Virus record (IMG/VR): IMGVR_UViG_3300023174_000056
Coordinates: 104,145-168,144 of that record
Source: a virus
Length of the DNA: 64,000 nucleotides
Direction: 5' to 3' (one strand)
Below are positions 12,801 through 21,555 of the stretch, piece after piece. A program made the translations under genes and the position numbers. The notes under the pieces are model-generated. The model had not been told where the DNA came from. It worked only from the letters and a program-made list of their open reading frames with translations, and ran no database searches. Within the stretch, counting starts at the first letter, position 1. Each line of letters opens with the position of its first letter.

Positions 12801-15800
12801 AGGTCTTTCACGGTCTACGGCAGAATCCCTCCAGAATGTTTTTGTTTTTACTATGCTGTCTGTACTACCATTATCTTCATAATTTGGCTTTGTTCTAATG
12901 TCGCCTAAACCAATTTTATCTTTTCTTGGGAAAACAAGCTCAGAATAAGCAATACCAGCCGCCACAGGTTCGTCTATATCTTGTACTTTTGAGGTCAATA
13001 GATTATAAATCTTCTTATAGGAAGTTTTATTTCTATCTGGCTGCACTGGTGCAATTTCATTTTTTAATAATTGATTGGCAATTGTGTCTAAAACGTTTGA
13101 ATATTCTGTTCTTAAAATTGTGTATACATCATTAATTTTTGTTAATTCTGTATTTAATGTTACTCCAAATGTAATTGGTAAATTCCACTCTACAGGTGGT
13201 TCAATATAAGGCTTTGTTATGGATTTTACTTCTAATTTTGAAGGCTTTGTTAAGGGAGGAGACACAGAATCTGCGGCATAGGTTCTTGTTTCCGTTACAA
13301 AGTTTGAAGTATTTTTTTGAATAATAAACTTATTATTTTTAAATAATAAATTGGCAAGTTTATTATTATCTTTTTGTCTTATTTGCTTCCAAGAAGTATA
13401 TCCAAAAGGTCCATCTTTTTTTAATAAATATTTATGTAAACTTCCGTTCTCATTAAAAGAAATAGTTGAAGTATCTTGGTTGACAGATGTTGTAATATTT
13501 GAATTATTTAAACCAACAAAGTCAATAACTTCGCCAGATTCTGTAGATGCAGATAAAACAGCAAGTGTACCAATATCAGTATTTGGATATATCGATGAGT
13601 AGGGACCACTTGAAGTTATTAAGTTTGTAGCAGACGCTGATATCCAAGCATAACCATAATCACTTCTTGGAATTTGATGCGATACGAAGCCGTTATCATA
13701 CTCATTGCTATTTGCTGTTTTTAAATGATTTTTATTAATCTTATGAAACGATGGGTTGTTTGAATCTATTGAAGCCGTTTCTCTCATCCAATCGTTTAAA
13801 GCTTTTCTTACTAATGGATTTCTATAATTAACTGTATTGTAAACCGAAAATGTTTCTGACTCTCTATCTAAAGCACCTCTTGATAGCGACTCAGGACCAC
13901 CTGGGGCTGAGAACCGATTGACCATTATTCCTTCGTATTTCTTACGGGTTGGTAATGGATAATCATAAGCGCCACTAATAAATGCGCTTGCAGTAGCAGA
14001 AGATAGAACACCTTCTACATCGACTAAATGTTTGTTATTGATTTCTCTACCAGCTGCTTGAACTATATTATATTGTTTAGAATAGTTTGCTCTTGGTTGG
14101 TTAAATAGGGAAGTTCTAGCAGATCCAGAGTCTGCAAACAAAGGTCTTAGTTCTACTGAATTTGTTAAACTATTAAGCACATTTACAACTGCAAATGTTT
14201 CGATGCCATCAACCAAAGAGTAAGGCTTATCAGCTGCTAAATCATATAATCTTGCCAAGCGTCTATCATAATATGCAGTTTTTTCATAAACTGTGCTTGT
14301 GGCAGCATTATAAGATTTGTATTTTTTCTTATTTGTTTCATTTACAATCGAATCTAATAATTTTTGCTTATCAGCATCTGCATCGCCTGATGAAACTATT
14401 ACTGGCGAGTTAATTCGTTCGGCTCTTTCTTTCAGCCATAACGCACTATCTTCCTGCGAGAAGCTTGTTAAATCTTCTGGTGCATGGCCTTTCTTCCAAT
14501 TATATTTTAACTCTTTAATGCCTTTTGCTTGTGCATAATCTACCGTAGTCTTTTTTACTTGTGGAAGCTTATAATCGTATTTTGGTCTTTCCAATACGTG
14601 GCTTTCAATCATATTTCTAATATTTTGTGAAAATTCAGAACCAGCTGGTGCTAATTGATATAACATTTCTCCAATAGCTGAATCTATCCATTTATAGAAT
14701 TCAATATATTTCTCTACAGATGGTTCATTTTCTACTTTTTCAAAAAACTTTCTTCTTAGGGCGTTTAAGTCTCTATACTCTTGGCGATATTTATTTATTG
14801 GATCGCCAATAAGATTATTAAAATCAACAATACCAGCAAACATATTTAACATTTCTTCTGATATTGTTTGGTACATACTTTTTTCAAAAGCCCAAAACAA
14901 ACTAACTGGTTTAGTATCTTTTGTAAAAGCGTAGTCCGAATCGCCATAGATATTAATTGTGTCTGATGTGTACAGATTCTCTGGGACTGTTTGCTTTGAG
15001 GCCAAAGTATAGTGTTTTTTAACTATATCTTTTGAATTTGCCAGAGTTTCTGATGCTTTGGCTGCATAAGTTTTTTCTACGTTGTAAGAAAATAAGCTGT
15101 CAAGACCACTTACAGCCCCTTTGGTATCCTTGACTAAAACTTCACCATTGCTATCGCTTGATGTTACTTCATCAAAATCCCAGTTAAAAGCTAAAAGATT
15201 TATTCTTTCGATCTTTTCATCTAAATTTTCATATGGTTTTGCAATAGGATTTTTTACACCAAAATTAGCAGAATCTTTCGCATGTTCTTGAATTTCTTCG
15301 TTAGATAGATAATCATACCAGAATCTGGCGTTTGACACTAAGATATCTGTATAATTCAACACAGAGCCAGTAAAATTGTTTTTTCTAGCGCCTACATAAA
15401 ATTTCTTAAAATCACCATGAATGTTTTGAACCTGCTCAAGAGTCAATGCAGAGCTTGTTACTGTGAATTCATTTTTTATATTACCTTCTACTGTGTTTAC
15501 GCCATAAAATTCTAGATAATAATCTTTCCCAACGGGTAGGGTATTAAAAGCATTAATATCATAATTTAACTTGTCTAAGTTATCATATGGAGTTTTTAGT
15601 CTAACCGCAAAATTCCATTTTTCTCCCTCGTAAATATCAGAAAAATATTGGCTTCTTAGATTATTATCAGCGGTAGCAATACAATTAAATTTAAAATATC
15701 CGCCCCTATCGTCCTTTTTATTTTTAACTAAAAATGTTTCAAAGTTATAGTGCGAAGTGACGATATTAGCTTCATCGGTTAAGTTATTTATAGAATAACC

Positions 15801-17909
15801 ACCAAACAAAGATATATTTGTTTCTTCTGGCACTGAGTAATTTACGTCTGACGTTTCTAGTTTTTTTGGAAAGAAAATTTCTGTTTCAAACGTTAATGGG
15901 ATTAAATAATAAGGTACTTTTGCAGTGTCTAAATTTATTGTAGGTAATAGAGACGAATAAGAAGTTGTTGAATCGGAGGTTTCATTTGTGTTAAAAATAT
16001 TTGTTCCGTAGCTATCTGGGGTTGAGAAGTTAAGAACTTTCTTTTTTTCTACGATACTCTTCTTGTTGTTTTCAATAGTAAATTCTGTATTATTTGCATA
16101 GATATTTAATTTAATCAACTCATCATCTATACCAAATGATCTTATAAGATTTCTAAAGGATTTTTCTGTACCTTTTGTTTTATAAATATATGTTAAGTTA
16201 TTTAAGATATTTTTATAAATTAAATTCTTTAAATCTGTTAATTTTTCTTCAAATAGTCTTTGTTCATCTCTAGATTTTAGATCTTCTATAATTTTAGAAT
16301 CAACAAAAATATCAGGAGCTAGAAACCCGTTAGATTCTAGAATTGAATTAATAAATGGAGCTGGCTTTCTATCTTGCTCGTAATATTCTCCAAAACCAAA
16401 TGTAGGTAATTCTTTTATTTGAAGATAAATTTTATCAAAATAACTTGCAATTATTTGAGTAACTTTTTTTAGTTCTTCTGTCGCTACTTCTTCGTCTTCT
16501 GTGGTTATCCATTCTGGGAGGCTTCGGTAAATTGAATTACCATTCCGCAAATCCCATTCTTGCCCTTTTTCTTTTAATTCTGAACTTTTATTTATAACCA
16601 AATAATGGTCTGGGTATAAGATTGGGTCTTTGACTTCTTGGCTTTCAAATAGACCGCTATCATCAATTGCTGACGATGTTGAGCGGACGCCAGCCGTATA
16701 ATTTACGATAGTTCCGTTAGAAACACGCCCAGAATAATCTAATATTATAGAATCTCTCTGGTCTATAGACTCTTCGTTTAAAACGCCTTCATTAAATCTA
16801 TAGTAAACTCCAAGATCTGTATTTGATAAATCTGTATTTGAACCACCATAAACTCTATCGAATAAATAACGTTTTATATCTTTTTGAGTTTTTTCTGTTT
16901 TCCAAAATCTAAATTCATCAAAACTTCCAGGTGCTGCACCTAAATTATAATTGCCTGCGCTATAGAATCTATAAGATCCTAAGTTTGCTAAGAGATTTTT
17001 ATTATCAAATGATAATGCAGATGCGTACTCGCCGTCTGATTTCCAAACTAATTCGCCGTCAATATATAATTTTGCAATTAATGTTCCATCATTTTCTTCT
17101 CTATTAACAAATGAGAATGCGTAATGATGCCAAGAGTTTAAATCAGTTAAATTATAATCTATAGAGACATTTTGTAGAGCGCCATACCCTGAGAGAGGGT
17201 CTGTATTACCTTTATAAGTTATAGTAAACTTTTTTTGCGATGCTAAAAGACCTATTGACAATCTAGCATAATTTGAAGAATTGGTGTCCTCGATGCCGTT
17301 CCATAAATCAAATAAACCAAAAGAAGAAGAAAGGACATTTTGTGAAAGCCCTTCTTCCAACTTAAACCAAAATTCTACAGTATTTCCTTTTTGTGAACTT
17401 AAACCAAAATTGGCTTCTTGATTATTATTTACGTTATAGATGTTTCCATCTTTATACAAATTTCCTTTTGCATTTGGGCCACTGTATGCCTTAACATATT
17501 GTGCGTTATTGCTTACTAAAACTTTAGTATCACCACTTCCTACTGAAGTGTATGCGGAATCATACGTATCAGAATTTAAAGTAATAAAGCCGGTTGTTTT
17601 TGGATATTCACTATCAAAAACATACTTTTCCAAGTAAGTTAATTTATTTCGCCAGTCAGTTATTTCTGACTCGGAACCATCATATGGATAAGAGCTATAG
17701 ATATGTTGAATCGCTGAAGAATAATATTCATCAGCTAAACCAAATCTTGCAAAAGATTTTGGATCAGAAAAATCTAAATTTGGTATAAATTCTTGGTTCT
17801 CTTCATTCTTTTTTTGAATGAAAGTTCTAGATTCTACTTCATTGTAAATTTCTTCTGGTTTTTCATTTGCTACTTGCTTGGTATCTTTAAATAAGTCTTT
17901 TATGGACAT
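6819..17909 (-). CDS. giant virion protein (3696 aa) with LamG/concanavalin-like domain and 14 beta-propeller blades; putative baseplate/receptor-binding protein
   Basis: LamG motifs TVEFWFK, WHHYAF, LYIDG, FDEFRFW. Fourteen G[IL]YVGGxFT...WDG..W repeats at ~10200-12500. Confidence 0.75.
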   Translation of the reverse strand: MSIKDLFKDTKQVANEKPEEIYNEVESRTFIQKKNEENQEFIPNLDFSDPKSFARFGLADEYYSSAIQHIYSSYPYDGSESEITDWRNKLTYLEKYVFDSEYPKTTGFITLNSDTYDSAYTSVGSGDTKVLVSNNAQYVKAYSGPNAKGNLYKDGNIYNVNNNQEANFGLSSQKGNTVEFWFKLEEGLSQNVLSSSFGLFDLWNGIEDTNSSNYARLSIGLLASQKKFTITYKGNTDPLSGYGALQNVSIDYNLTDLNSWHHYAFSFVNREENDGTLIAKLYIDGELVWKSDGEYASALSFDNKNLLANLGSYRFYSAGNYNLGAAPGSFDEFRFWKTEKTQKDIKRYLFDRVYGGSNTDLSNTDLGVYYRFNEGVLNEESIDQRDSIILDYSGRVSNGTIVNYTAGVRSTSSAIDDSGLFESQEVKDPILYPDHYLVINKSSELKEKGQEWDLRNGNSIYRSLPEWITTEDEEVATEELKKVTQIIASYFDKIYLQIKELPTFGFGEYYEQDRKPAPFINSILESNGFLAPDIFVDSKIIEDLKSRDEQRLFEEKLTDLKNLIYKNILNNLTYIYKTKGTEKSFRNLIRSFGIDDELIKLNIYANNTEFTIENNKKSIVEKKKVLNFSTPDSYGTNIFNTNETSDSTTSYSSLLPTINLDTAKVPYYLIPLTFETEIFFPKKLETSDVNYSVPEETNISLFGGYSINNLTDEANIVTSHYNFETFLVKNKKDDRGGYFKFNCIATADNNLRSQYFSDIYEGEKWNFAVRLKTPYDNLDKLNYDINAFNTLPVGKDYYLEFYGVNTVEGNIKNEFTVTSSALTLEQVQNIHGDFKKFYVGARKNNFTGSVLNYTDILVSNARFWYDYLSNEEIQEHAKDSANFGVKNPIAKPYENLDEKIERINLLAFNWDFDEVTSSDSNGEVLVKDTKGAVSGLDSLFSYNVEKTYAAKASETLANSKDIVKKHYTLASKQTVPENLYTSDTINIYGDSDYAFTKDTKPVSLFWAFEKSMYQTISEEMLNMFAGIVDFNNLIGDPINKYRQEYRDLNALRRKFFEKVENEPSVEKYIEFYKWIDSAIGEMLYQLAPAGSEFSQNIRNMIESHVLERPKYDYKLPQVKKTTVDYAQAKGIKELKYNWKKGHAPEDLTSFSQEDSALWLKERAERINSPVIVSSGDADADKQKLLDSIVNETNKKKYKSYNAATSTVYEKTAYYDRRLARLYDLAADKPYSLVDGIETFAVVNVLNSLTNSVELRPLFADSGSARTSLFNQPRANYSKQYNIVQAAGREINNKHLVDVEGVLSSATASAFISGAYDYPLPTRKKYEGIMVNRFSAPGGPESLSRGALDRESETFSVYNTVNYRNPLVRKALNDWMRETASIDSNNPSFHKINKNHLKTANSNEYDNGFVSHQIPRSDYGYAWISASATNLITSSGPYSSIYPNTDIGTLAVLSASTESGEVIDFVGLNNSNITTSVNQDTSTISFNENGSLHKYLLKKDGPFGYTSWKQIRQKDNNKLANLLFKNNKFIIQKNTSNFVTETRTYAADSVSPPLTKPSKLEVKSITKPYIEPPVEWNLPITFGVTLNTELTKINDVYTILRTEYSNVLDTIANQLLKNEIAPVQPDRNKTSYKKIYNLLTSKVQDIDEPVAAGIAYSELVFPRKDKIGLGDIRTKPNYEDNGSTDSIVKTKTFWRDSAVDRERPSSTVDMFGFATSSYNTIGSKLFSSYGSYDNFIFDPNNKLKNSIFAQDLQYSESYSLQNNIDNIKLPVNNIFSFNKDTNIVTNFGAYTGIFASNINTSLSTSDGIYIGGDFTNAGGNSKANCILKWDGQRVTTFKNGINVTDAVVYSIVSGADGLYVGGKFSNLDSTTSKNAIIKWDGTDWVSLGTGSSAGSAPLSPNGSKTIVYSMVSSSQGLYVGGVFTDAGGVSNADTIALWNGSTWTNVGTGSPGSPPLADPDWSSLYSSATVFSLASSSYGLYVGGAFAIAASNNLNAKNIAVWNGTNWTAFGNTIGDGVGGNSYYDRVASISSGSDGIYVGGSFSIASPLTGSDSVSNVAKWDTILSKWKGFGSVLSTVTYNALDKSATFVNSGINSLFSSSDGVYIGGLFSKVGNFGNTSYKNIGLAKWDGASWGTIGGSIYLPLNSYSVINTITSGSSGIIFGGSVTQFVPDKLQKIFYEKNTSGYLSNKDILLEKYFDLEQIYYPIKNVAILDTNQYGNGNIYSLYGTTQDYTNNLDRDILCLVSGSDGVYAGLRAVNDYNSIGNLTGFLKKWTKENDWVTIGNITPSTFGDSVFALCSSSAGVYVGGKFTNGGGVSGAKNLVLCKSSGSFQIVGPTNSFNNQISSIISASEGIYVGGKFTNAAGIAAADGIARWDGTSWNSLGTGSFGLGSGVFCMLSSSEGIYVGGGFTDTGISDTANIARWDGVKWNSVGGSSPSRPNNTVITMASASDGLYVYGADGYTIGNAGNAVTSPFIKKWNGTSWSDISKTLNGLIWSFTALNNKIYAAGNFTSASDGTILNNIACWDGTNWNQVGTNGIRNGFNLTTDDEIYSLVSDGNKIFIGGRFAGTRSGPTIKTKDFKYQFEAYSASVDIVMPKPQLIFNNFIPPNANSNLKIAENTYATNTDLTTTVYSSSNNSIFVLNQGYVYETDQKAGRGAFYDSYTKFIEDIKPHSQKYSIVPEYKISNFVESYVKKVNGNFNSILTSDYLTLQGALQESSFNNLSSSTNISQNFDTTFLYDESLPIDNDFKLTINISAIKKLLPYKGFYPSERIEQLSSYFINSFLPLKRTLVSSKNPKEVYYSALSNGTPLNQQVLALLQPLFAPGILLNTIKSSVAVDFPVFITSSVSYDSRTPPVFYGNTGSSLTTNYLFDYINNIQRNYTASNYIDLNPNYRLPFEALIDFDTKIPDDLKVSANNLYYLNPTHYTTDTITGSDFNNIAYPSYNMGTGSLKSFTFLDANYKLAMHNFLAEIPNFFLKGKLTSITSKPENEFAAAIPGTRYYMDVVLEKDGAYKEFITDPYYENLKSDPAKHSEGTFMIPSPDSLYGPPVRYWDSAGSASLLYQKGPYNLYSKLLDTPSYAPYVPPYYYGKAIARISFLASDTKTRAYSLQEIQDSINIEFLNSEAEALFKQRSNFLLNDFSSSYADNYKNSPAYKSMMNLSSSINLTLKSEDLDLSVDVATSKADKGTKSFVPKFKWVIQTKFETPSINFNDADLTDNIGLQFIDGDKSIPGTVKGVYKNLFKGIWTTYGSPVQEGSGIKLYLQESPTGPNTGSLIQMCGFKTDVKPTLGVLGSEKTVSEALVLIPYTYNKNHVDGKKKINQEFAETLPEILGENNILKPNQRGRGPYYFKINRDILKETFGVSFGKESKISFEEIKTIIDNNSSLKNTSIVDTVRQMTRFVLPPHLDWLRNKNIDPFVMYVIPFDIELQQDSNYTDLSDIWQGVMPSKSMESHIENKNISHPFNSDELFHGKRLPKDVKFKVFKIKQKANVNYYELVEDSKESALKRFKFKFTSSEAVPEYSYNWPYDFCSVIEMANATVELKNGKTDINLKSKTAGETFVTQRRVTSNADTSTPVVTNAQETNNTNIGTTQLTTTIANPTLVQTQFVPQINTVSALNGSPTSSLQAINVNSLTPVAQAQIQNINATNLNVTATTSQLINQQNSALKTINSSTAQAAVKNIKASFSRKIKK
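10200..12500 (-). repeat. protein-level tandem repeats, two blocks of 7 propeller blades
   Basis: Block 1: GIYIGGDFT, GLYVGGKFS, GLYVGGVFT, GLYVGGAFA, GIYVGGSFS, GVYIGGLFS, GIIFGGSVT. Block 2: GVYAGL, GVYVGGKFT, GIYVGGKFT, GIYVGGGFT, GLYVYG, KIYAAGNFT, KIFIGGRFA. Confidence 0.8.
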
Positions 17910-17911
17910 TT

Positions 17912-19339
17912 TTACTGGACCTTAAATTTAAAAGTATTTTTTATTTCATTCAATTGCGACCCATCGTAAGTTGCAAGTCGTATACCATATGTATAGCCAG
18001 GTTCTAAAAACGTTAAATCTAAATCAAAATAATTTCCGTTGGAATCATAAGATGTTTTAGAGAAAGCGATAGAACCAGTTGAATAATCTATTATAGTATA
18101 ATTATCGCTTAATCTTAAAATTTTATAGTATAAATTATTTGAAATTGTGTTTTCTACAAGATTTGTAGCATTTGTATAAATTGTTGGTTTCCAATCACGA
18201 TCTCTTATAAAAATTTTAAATCTTGCGTTTTCAGATCCAGTGTAATTTACTTTTAAATTTACTATATTTACAACATACTCTGGCGTGCTATCATAATCAT
18301 AACCATTTGGTTGATTAATATCAAAAGCGCTTGAAAAATATCTTCCAAGAGATGAGCTATTAATCCATACGTCGTATCCAACGCTCGCTGTTGTGTCCAA
18401 TGAAACCCTAGCTTTATAAATACCTTCGCTTGGGTTAGAAATCGACAAATAAGAAGGAGCAATTTCGTTCAACAGAGTTGAATCGCTGTAAAATTTAACA
18501 TTTAGCTGCGGATCTCCAGCGATGTTTTTTAAGACTCCTCTTGGTTTATTAAAATAATATAAGTTCATTATATTATCTTCTGTATCGAAAGCACTGCTAG
18601 AAGCAAAGAAATTAGTCCTATCATCAGTTACAACTGCTGCCCATCGTGCTTCAATGGATGGTCTTTTATAGAAAAACTCACTACCTCTAGCAGAGAATTT
18701 TTTTGTATAAAAGCTTCTACCCTCTGTGCCGTCTTCAAAAGAACCAGAAAGTTTTACTAAAACACCATTATTTGGAATTGTTGAAGTTATCCAATCTTCT
18801 ACTAAATTTGTTATATCTAAATCAATATCTTCTAAACCGCTTGAGAATGTTTGAGTAAAATCATAGCCAGAGCCAGTAATATATGAAGATCCTGTGCCGC
18901 TCCAGACCGTTCCACTTTGTGCGTATTCCCAAGTACAGCCAGAACCTTTTAATACAGGGTGCCAACCAATATCGGAATATGTCTCCATGTCTAAGCCATA
19001 GCCTTCATCCCAAGACTGGCTAACAGGATTGATAGAAACACTAAAATCTCTTGGTACGCTAAACGGATGTTCAACGTTATATAATTTCAAAAAAAATTTA
19101 ACGCTCCCAGAGGCCGGAATTTTTGAAGATGTTCTATCTTCTATAATTTGCTCTATTGGAAATTGAACTAAAATTCTGCTTTTTTCAACTGAATTATCCG
19201 TCGCCTGAGCAAATATAGAAAATATCTCTAACGAGTCGGAAGCTCCCATATTTGCATTTACGGCCCTAGTAATTAGATCTGGCTTGAATGCGTCCGTAAT
19301 TGTTGTATCTTTGCTCGCTACATATTTTTTTATTGGCAT
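17912..19339 (-). CDS. DNRLRE/CBM96-like domain virion protein
   Basis: 'ASKDTTI...N.G....LEI...KSRILVQF...L.L...WDEG.G...W...DITNLVEDW...NNGVLVK...F.A......P.IE' pattern. Confidence 0.6.
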   Translation of the reverse strand: MPIKKYVASKDTTITDAFKPDLITRAVNANMGASDSLEIFSIFAQATDNSVEKSRILVQFPIEQIIEDRTSSKIPASGSVKFFLKLYNVEHPFSVPRDFSVSINPVSQSWDEGYGLDMETYSDIGWHPVLKGSGCTWEYAQSGTVWSGTGSSYITGSGYDFTQTFSSGLEDIDLDITNLVEDWITSTIPNNGVLVKLSGSFEDGTEGRSFYTKKFSARGSEFFYKRPSIEARWAAVVTDDRTNFFASSSAFDTEDNIMNLYYFNKPRGVLKNIAGDPQLNVKFYSDSTLLNEIAPSYLSISNPSEGIYKARVSLDTTASVGYDVWINSSSLGRYFSSAFDINQPNGYDYDSTPEYVVNIVNLKVNYTGSENARFKIFIRDRDWKPTIYTNATNLVENTISNNLYYKILRLSDNYTIIDYSTGSIAFSKTSYDSNGNYFDLDLTFLEPGYTYGIRLATYDGSQLNEIKNTFKFKVQ

Positions 19340-21159
19340 TATACTATTGTTCCATGAATGTCAACATCTGGATATTTTACTTCCCAGATAACGTTTGAAG
19401 GCATATTTATAATATTATCGTACAATGAGCTATTTGTGCTACTGTTTATATTTAAATTGGTTCTAGCATAGTTTGAGCCATTTTTTGTCTTTATTGTAAC
19501 TTCTCTTACGTCTAGAACGCTATCTACCCTTTTTAAAACAGCTAAAACGTCATTTATCATAAATGGTTCACCAATTTCTGGTATTCTAGAGAAATACTTT
19601 TTTAAGGCTGTTAGAGCATCGTCTAGAACATCAGATTTTTGTTTTCCTGAAACTCCAATTGCAGTAAAATCTATTGATAAATTAACTATTTTTGCATCAA
19701 TCATATCGATTGTATCTGATAAAACTCTATTTTTATCTATCCAAGTTTTTAAATTTTTCTTAATATTAACTGAAGACTTTATTAAATGTCCCTCATTGTC
19801 CTCAGATATTATATAAAGATTTAAGTTTCTTTTAAAAGAGTCTTGATCTTTTATTAATCTGACTCTTTTAACTGATCCAAATTTTCCTGGCATTGAATAT
19901 GCTAATGCTTCGTAATCTTTTTCAGTTACTGCTCTGTTTTGAGCCGCAAAATTATCGCCTATTCTTATTTTTAATTCATTTGAGTCTGGGATTTTAATAT
20001 ATCCAACAACTGGGTCTTCATTTTCTACTACAAAGCTGCTTCTTACATCATCAACGTCAAGTGCATTTAATGTTTGCTCATCTGTAAATTCAACAACTAA
20101 TCTTGTTATAGAATTTATAGCTCCAACGGCGGCATTCACGTTTTCCGTAGTATTGACTCTATATGTTATTGTAATATCGGTGTTTGAAGGAGCTATTCCA
20201 AATTTATCGCTATTTATCAATTTTTTTGGATCAAAGGAAGTGTCAGTAACGTATCTTTTTCCATACATCTTCATTACAAATTTGTTTGGATCTTCTAACA
20301 TATTATCATTTTCTACATCAATTAAATTAGCAGCGCCAAAAGTAAGATAAGTGGACTCATTATCTTTTTGGACAACATATCTTCTTGGAATAGCAAATGG
20401 AACTAAAATATTTGGCGCAGAAGCCGCATCTTCTGAATTATTTGGTATTTCTCTATAGCTGATATTTTGGGATAAAAAGTCAGCTTCGTAATATTCATTT
20501 CCTTCTGCATCTACGACAGAAACAATATCTGTCACATTTGGTTCATTAATCTGTACTTTTAGAAATCTTTTAAAAGAACCTATTGTGCTTACTTGATTTT
20601 TGTATATACCAGAAACTACCGTTCCAAATCCTTTTATAGCATAATACGTAGGAGAACCTGTATCTGGATCTGTTTTTGCAACTCTTACTGTAAAGTTTGA
20701 ATTTGACATGTTCACATTTTCAATTAATGAAAATGTGTTAGGTCCAGCTGCAAATGTAGTACCTTTTTTTATAATAGGCGCATAAGAAAGATTTGGCCCC
20801 AAACCATCAACTTTAGCAGGCACTAAACAATAAATTGAAACAGTGCCGTAAGAAGAAGGAAATGGATCATATCTATAGCCTAATTTATAGCCATGTTTTA
20901 ATACGTTGTTAAACTCTATAGATGTCTTTAAATGGCTTTCATTAGCGCTGTAATCCACATAAAAAGACAAAACATCGCCAACATACGCAACAGTATCAAG
21001 CATTAAAGCGCCAAAGCTTGCCTCATTAAAGTCTTTAAAAGTATCAGGATAATACTTTTTTGCATATTCGACCAACTCAGTTTTTATTGAATTAAAGTCT
21101 CTGGCTGTATATTTTATTGGTACTAATTTTTTACTATTCATGGTTTTGTTCTCTAACAA
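19339..21159 (-). CDS. baseplate wedge subunit (T4 gp6 / BaseplateJ-like)
   Basis: 'YTARDFNSIKTEL...FKDFNEAS.G..LD..AY..D.LSFY.D' and 'AQNRAVTEKDY' motifs. Confidence 0.88.
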   Translation of the reverse strand: MLENKTMNSKKLVPIKYTARDFNSIKTELVEYAKKYYPDTFKDFNEASFGALMLDTVAYVGDVLSFYVDYSANESHLKTSIEFNNVLKHGYKLGYRYDPFPSSYGTVSIYCLVPAKVDGLGPNLSYAPIIKKGTTFAAGPNTFSLIENVNMSNSNFTVRVAKTDPDTGSPTYYAIKGFGTVVSGIYKNQVSTIGSFKRFLKVQINEPNVTDIVSVVDAEGNEYYEADFLSQNISYREIPNNSEDAASAPNILVPFAIPRRYVVQKDNESTYLTFGAANLIDVENDNMLEDPNKFVMKMYGKRYVTDTSFDPKKLINSDKFGIAPSNTDITITYRVNTTENVNAAVGAINSITRLVVEFTDEQTLNALDVDDVRSSFVVENEDPVVGYIKIPDSNELKIRIGDNFAAQNRAVTEKDYEALAYSMPGKFGSVKRVRLIKDQDSFKRNLNLYIISEDNEGHLIKSSVNIKKNLKTWIDKNRVLSDTIDMIDAKIVNLSIDFTAIGVSGKQKSDVLDDALTALKKYFSRIPEIGEPFMINDVLAVLKRVDSVLDVREVTIKTKNGSNYARTNLNINSSTNSSLYDNIINMPSNVIWEVKYPDVDIHGTIV

Positions 21160-21168
21160 ATAAGTAGT

Positions 21169-21546
21169 CTATCTAGTAAGATTTTCAAGCGATAAATAAT
21201 CCGTAACAGAAAGAGAAGGAACAGAATAAGAAATTGTTATACTAATACTATTATAATCATCTTTTCTTAATATTTTTATAGAGTTAACGCTTAAAAACGA
21301 CATATATTTTGATATTTGGTTTCCAATTCTGGAAATAATGTCGGCGTCTACTGCCTCTGACATATTCTCAAATAGAAATCTTTTAATACCTACGCCAAAA
21401 TTTGCGTCATAAACTCTTTCACCTGGGTTTGTCAAAACTAAATTTTTTAAATTTTGTTTTATCGTATCTTTAATGTTTTTGTTTAATGTATGACCTATAT
21501 CATTTCTATCTAATGATAACGGTAGTCTTGGTGAAATACCTGCCAT
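21169..21546 (-). CDS. baseplate wedge gp25/GPW-like protein
   Basis: 'IKQNLKNLVLTNPGER..D.NFGVG...FLFE' signature. Confidence 0.9.
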   Translation of the reverse strand: MAGISPRLPLSLDRNDIGHTLNKNIKDTIKQNLKNLVLTNPGERVYDANFGVGIKRFLFENMSEAVDADIISRIGNQISKYMSFLSVNSIKILRKDDYNSISITISYSVPSLSVTDYLSLENLTR

Positions 21547-21555
21547 TTTTATCTC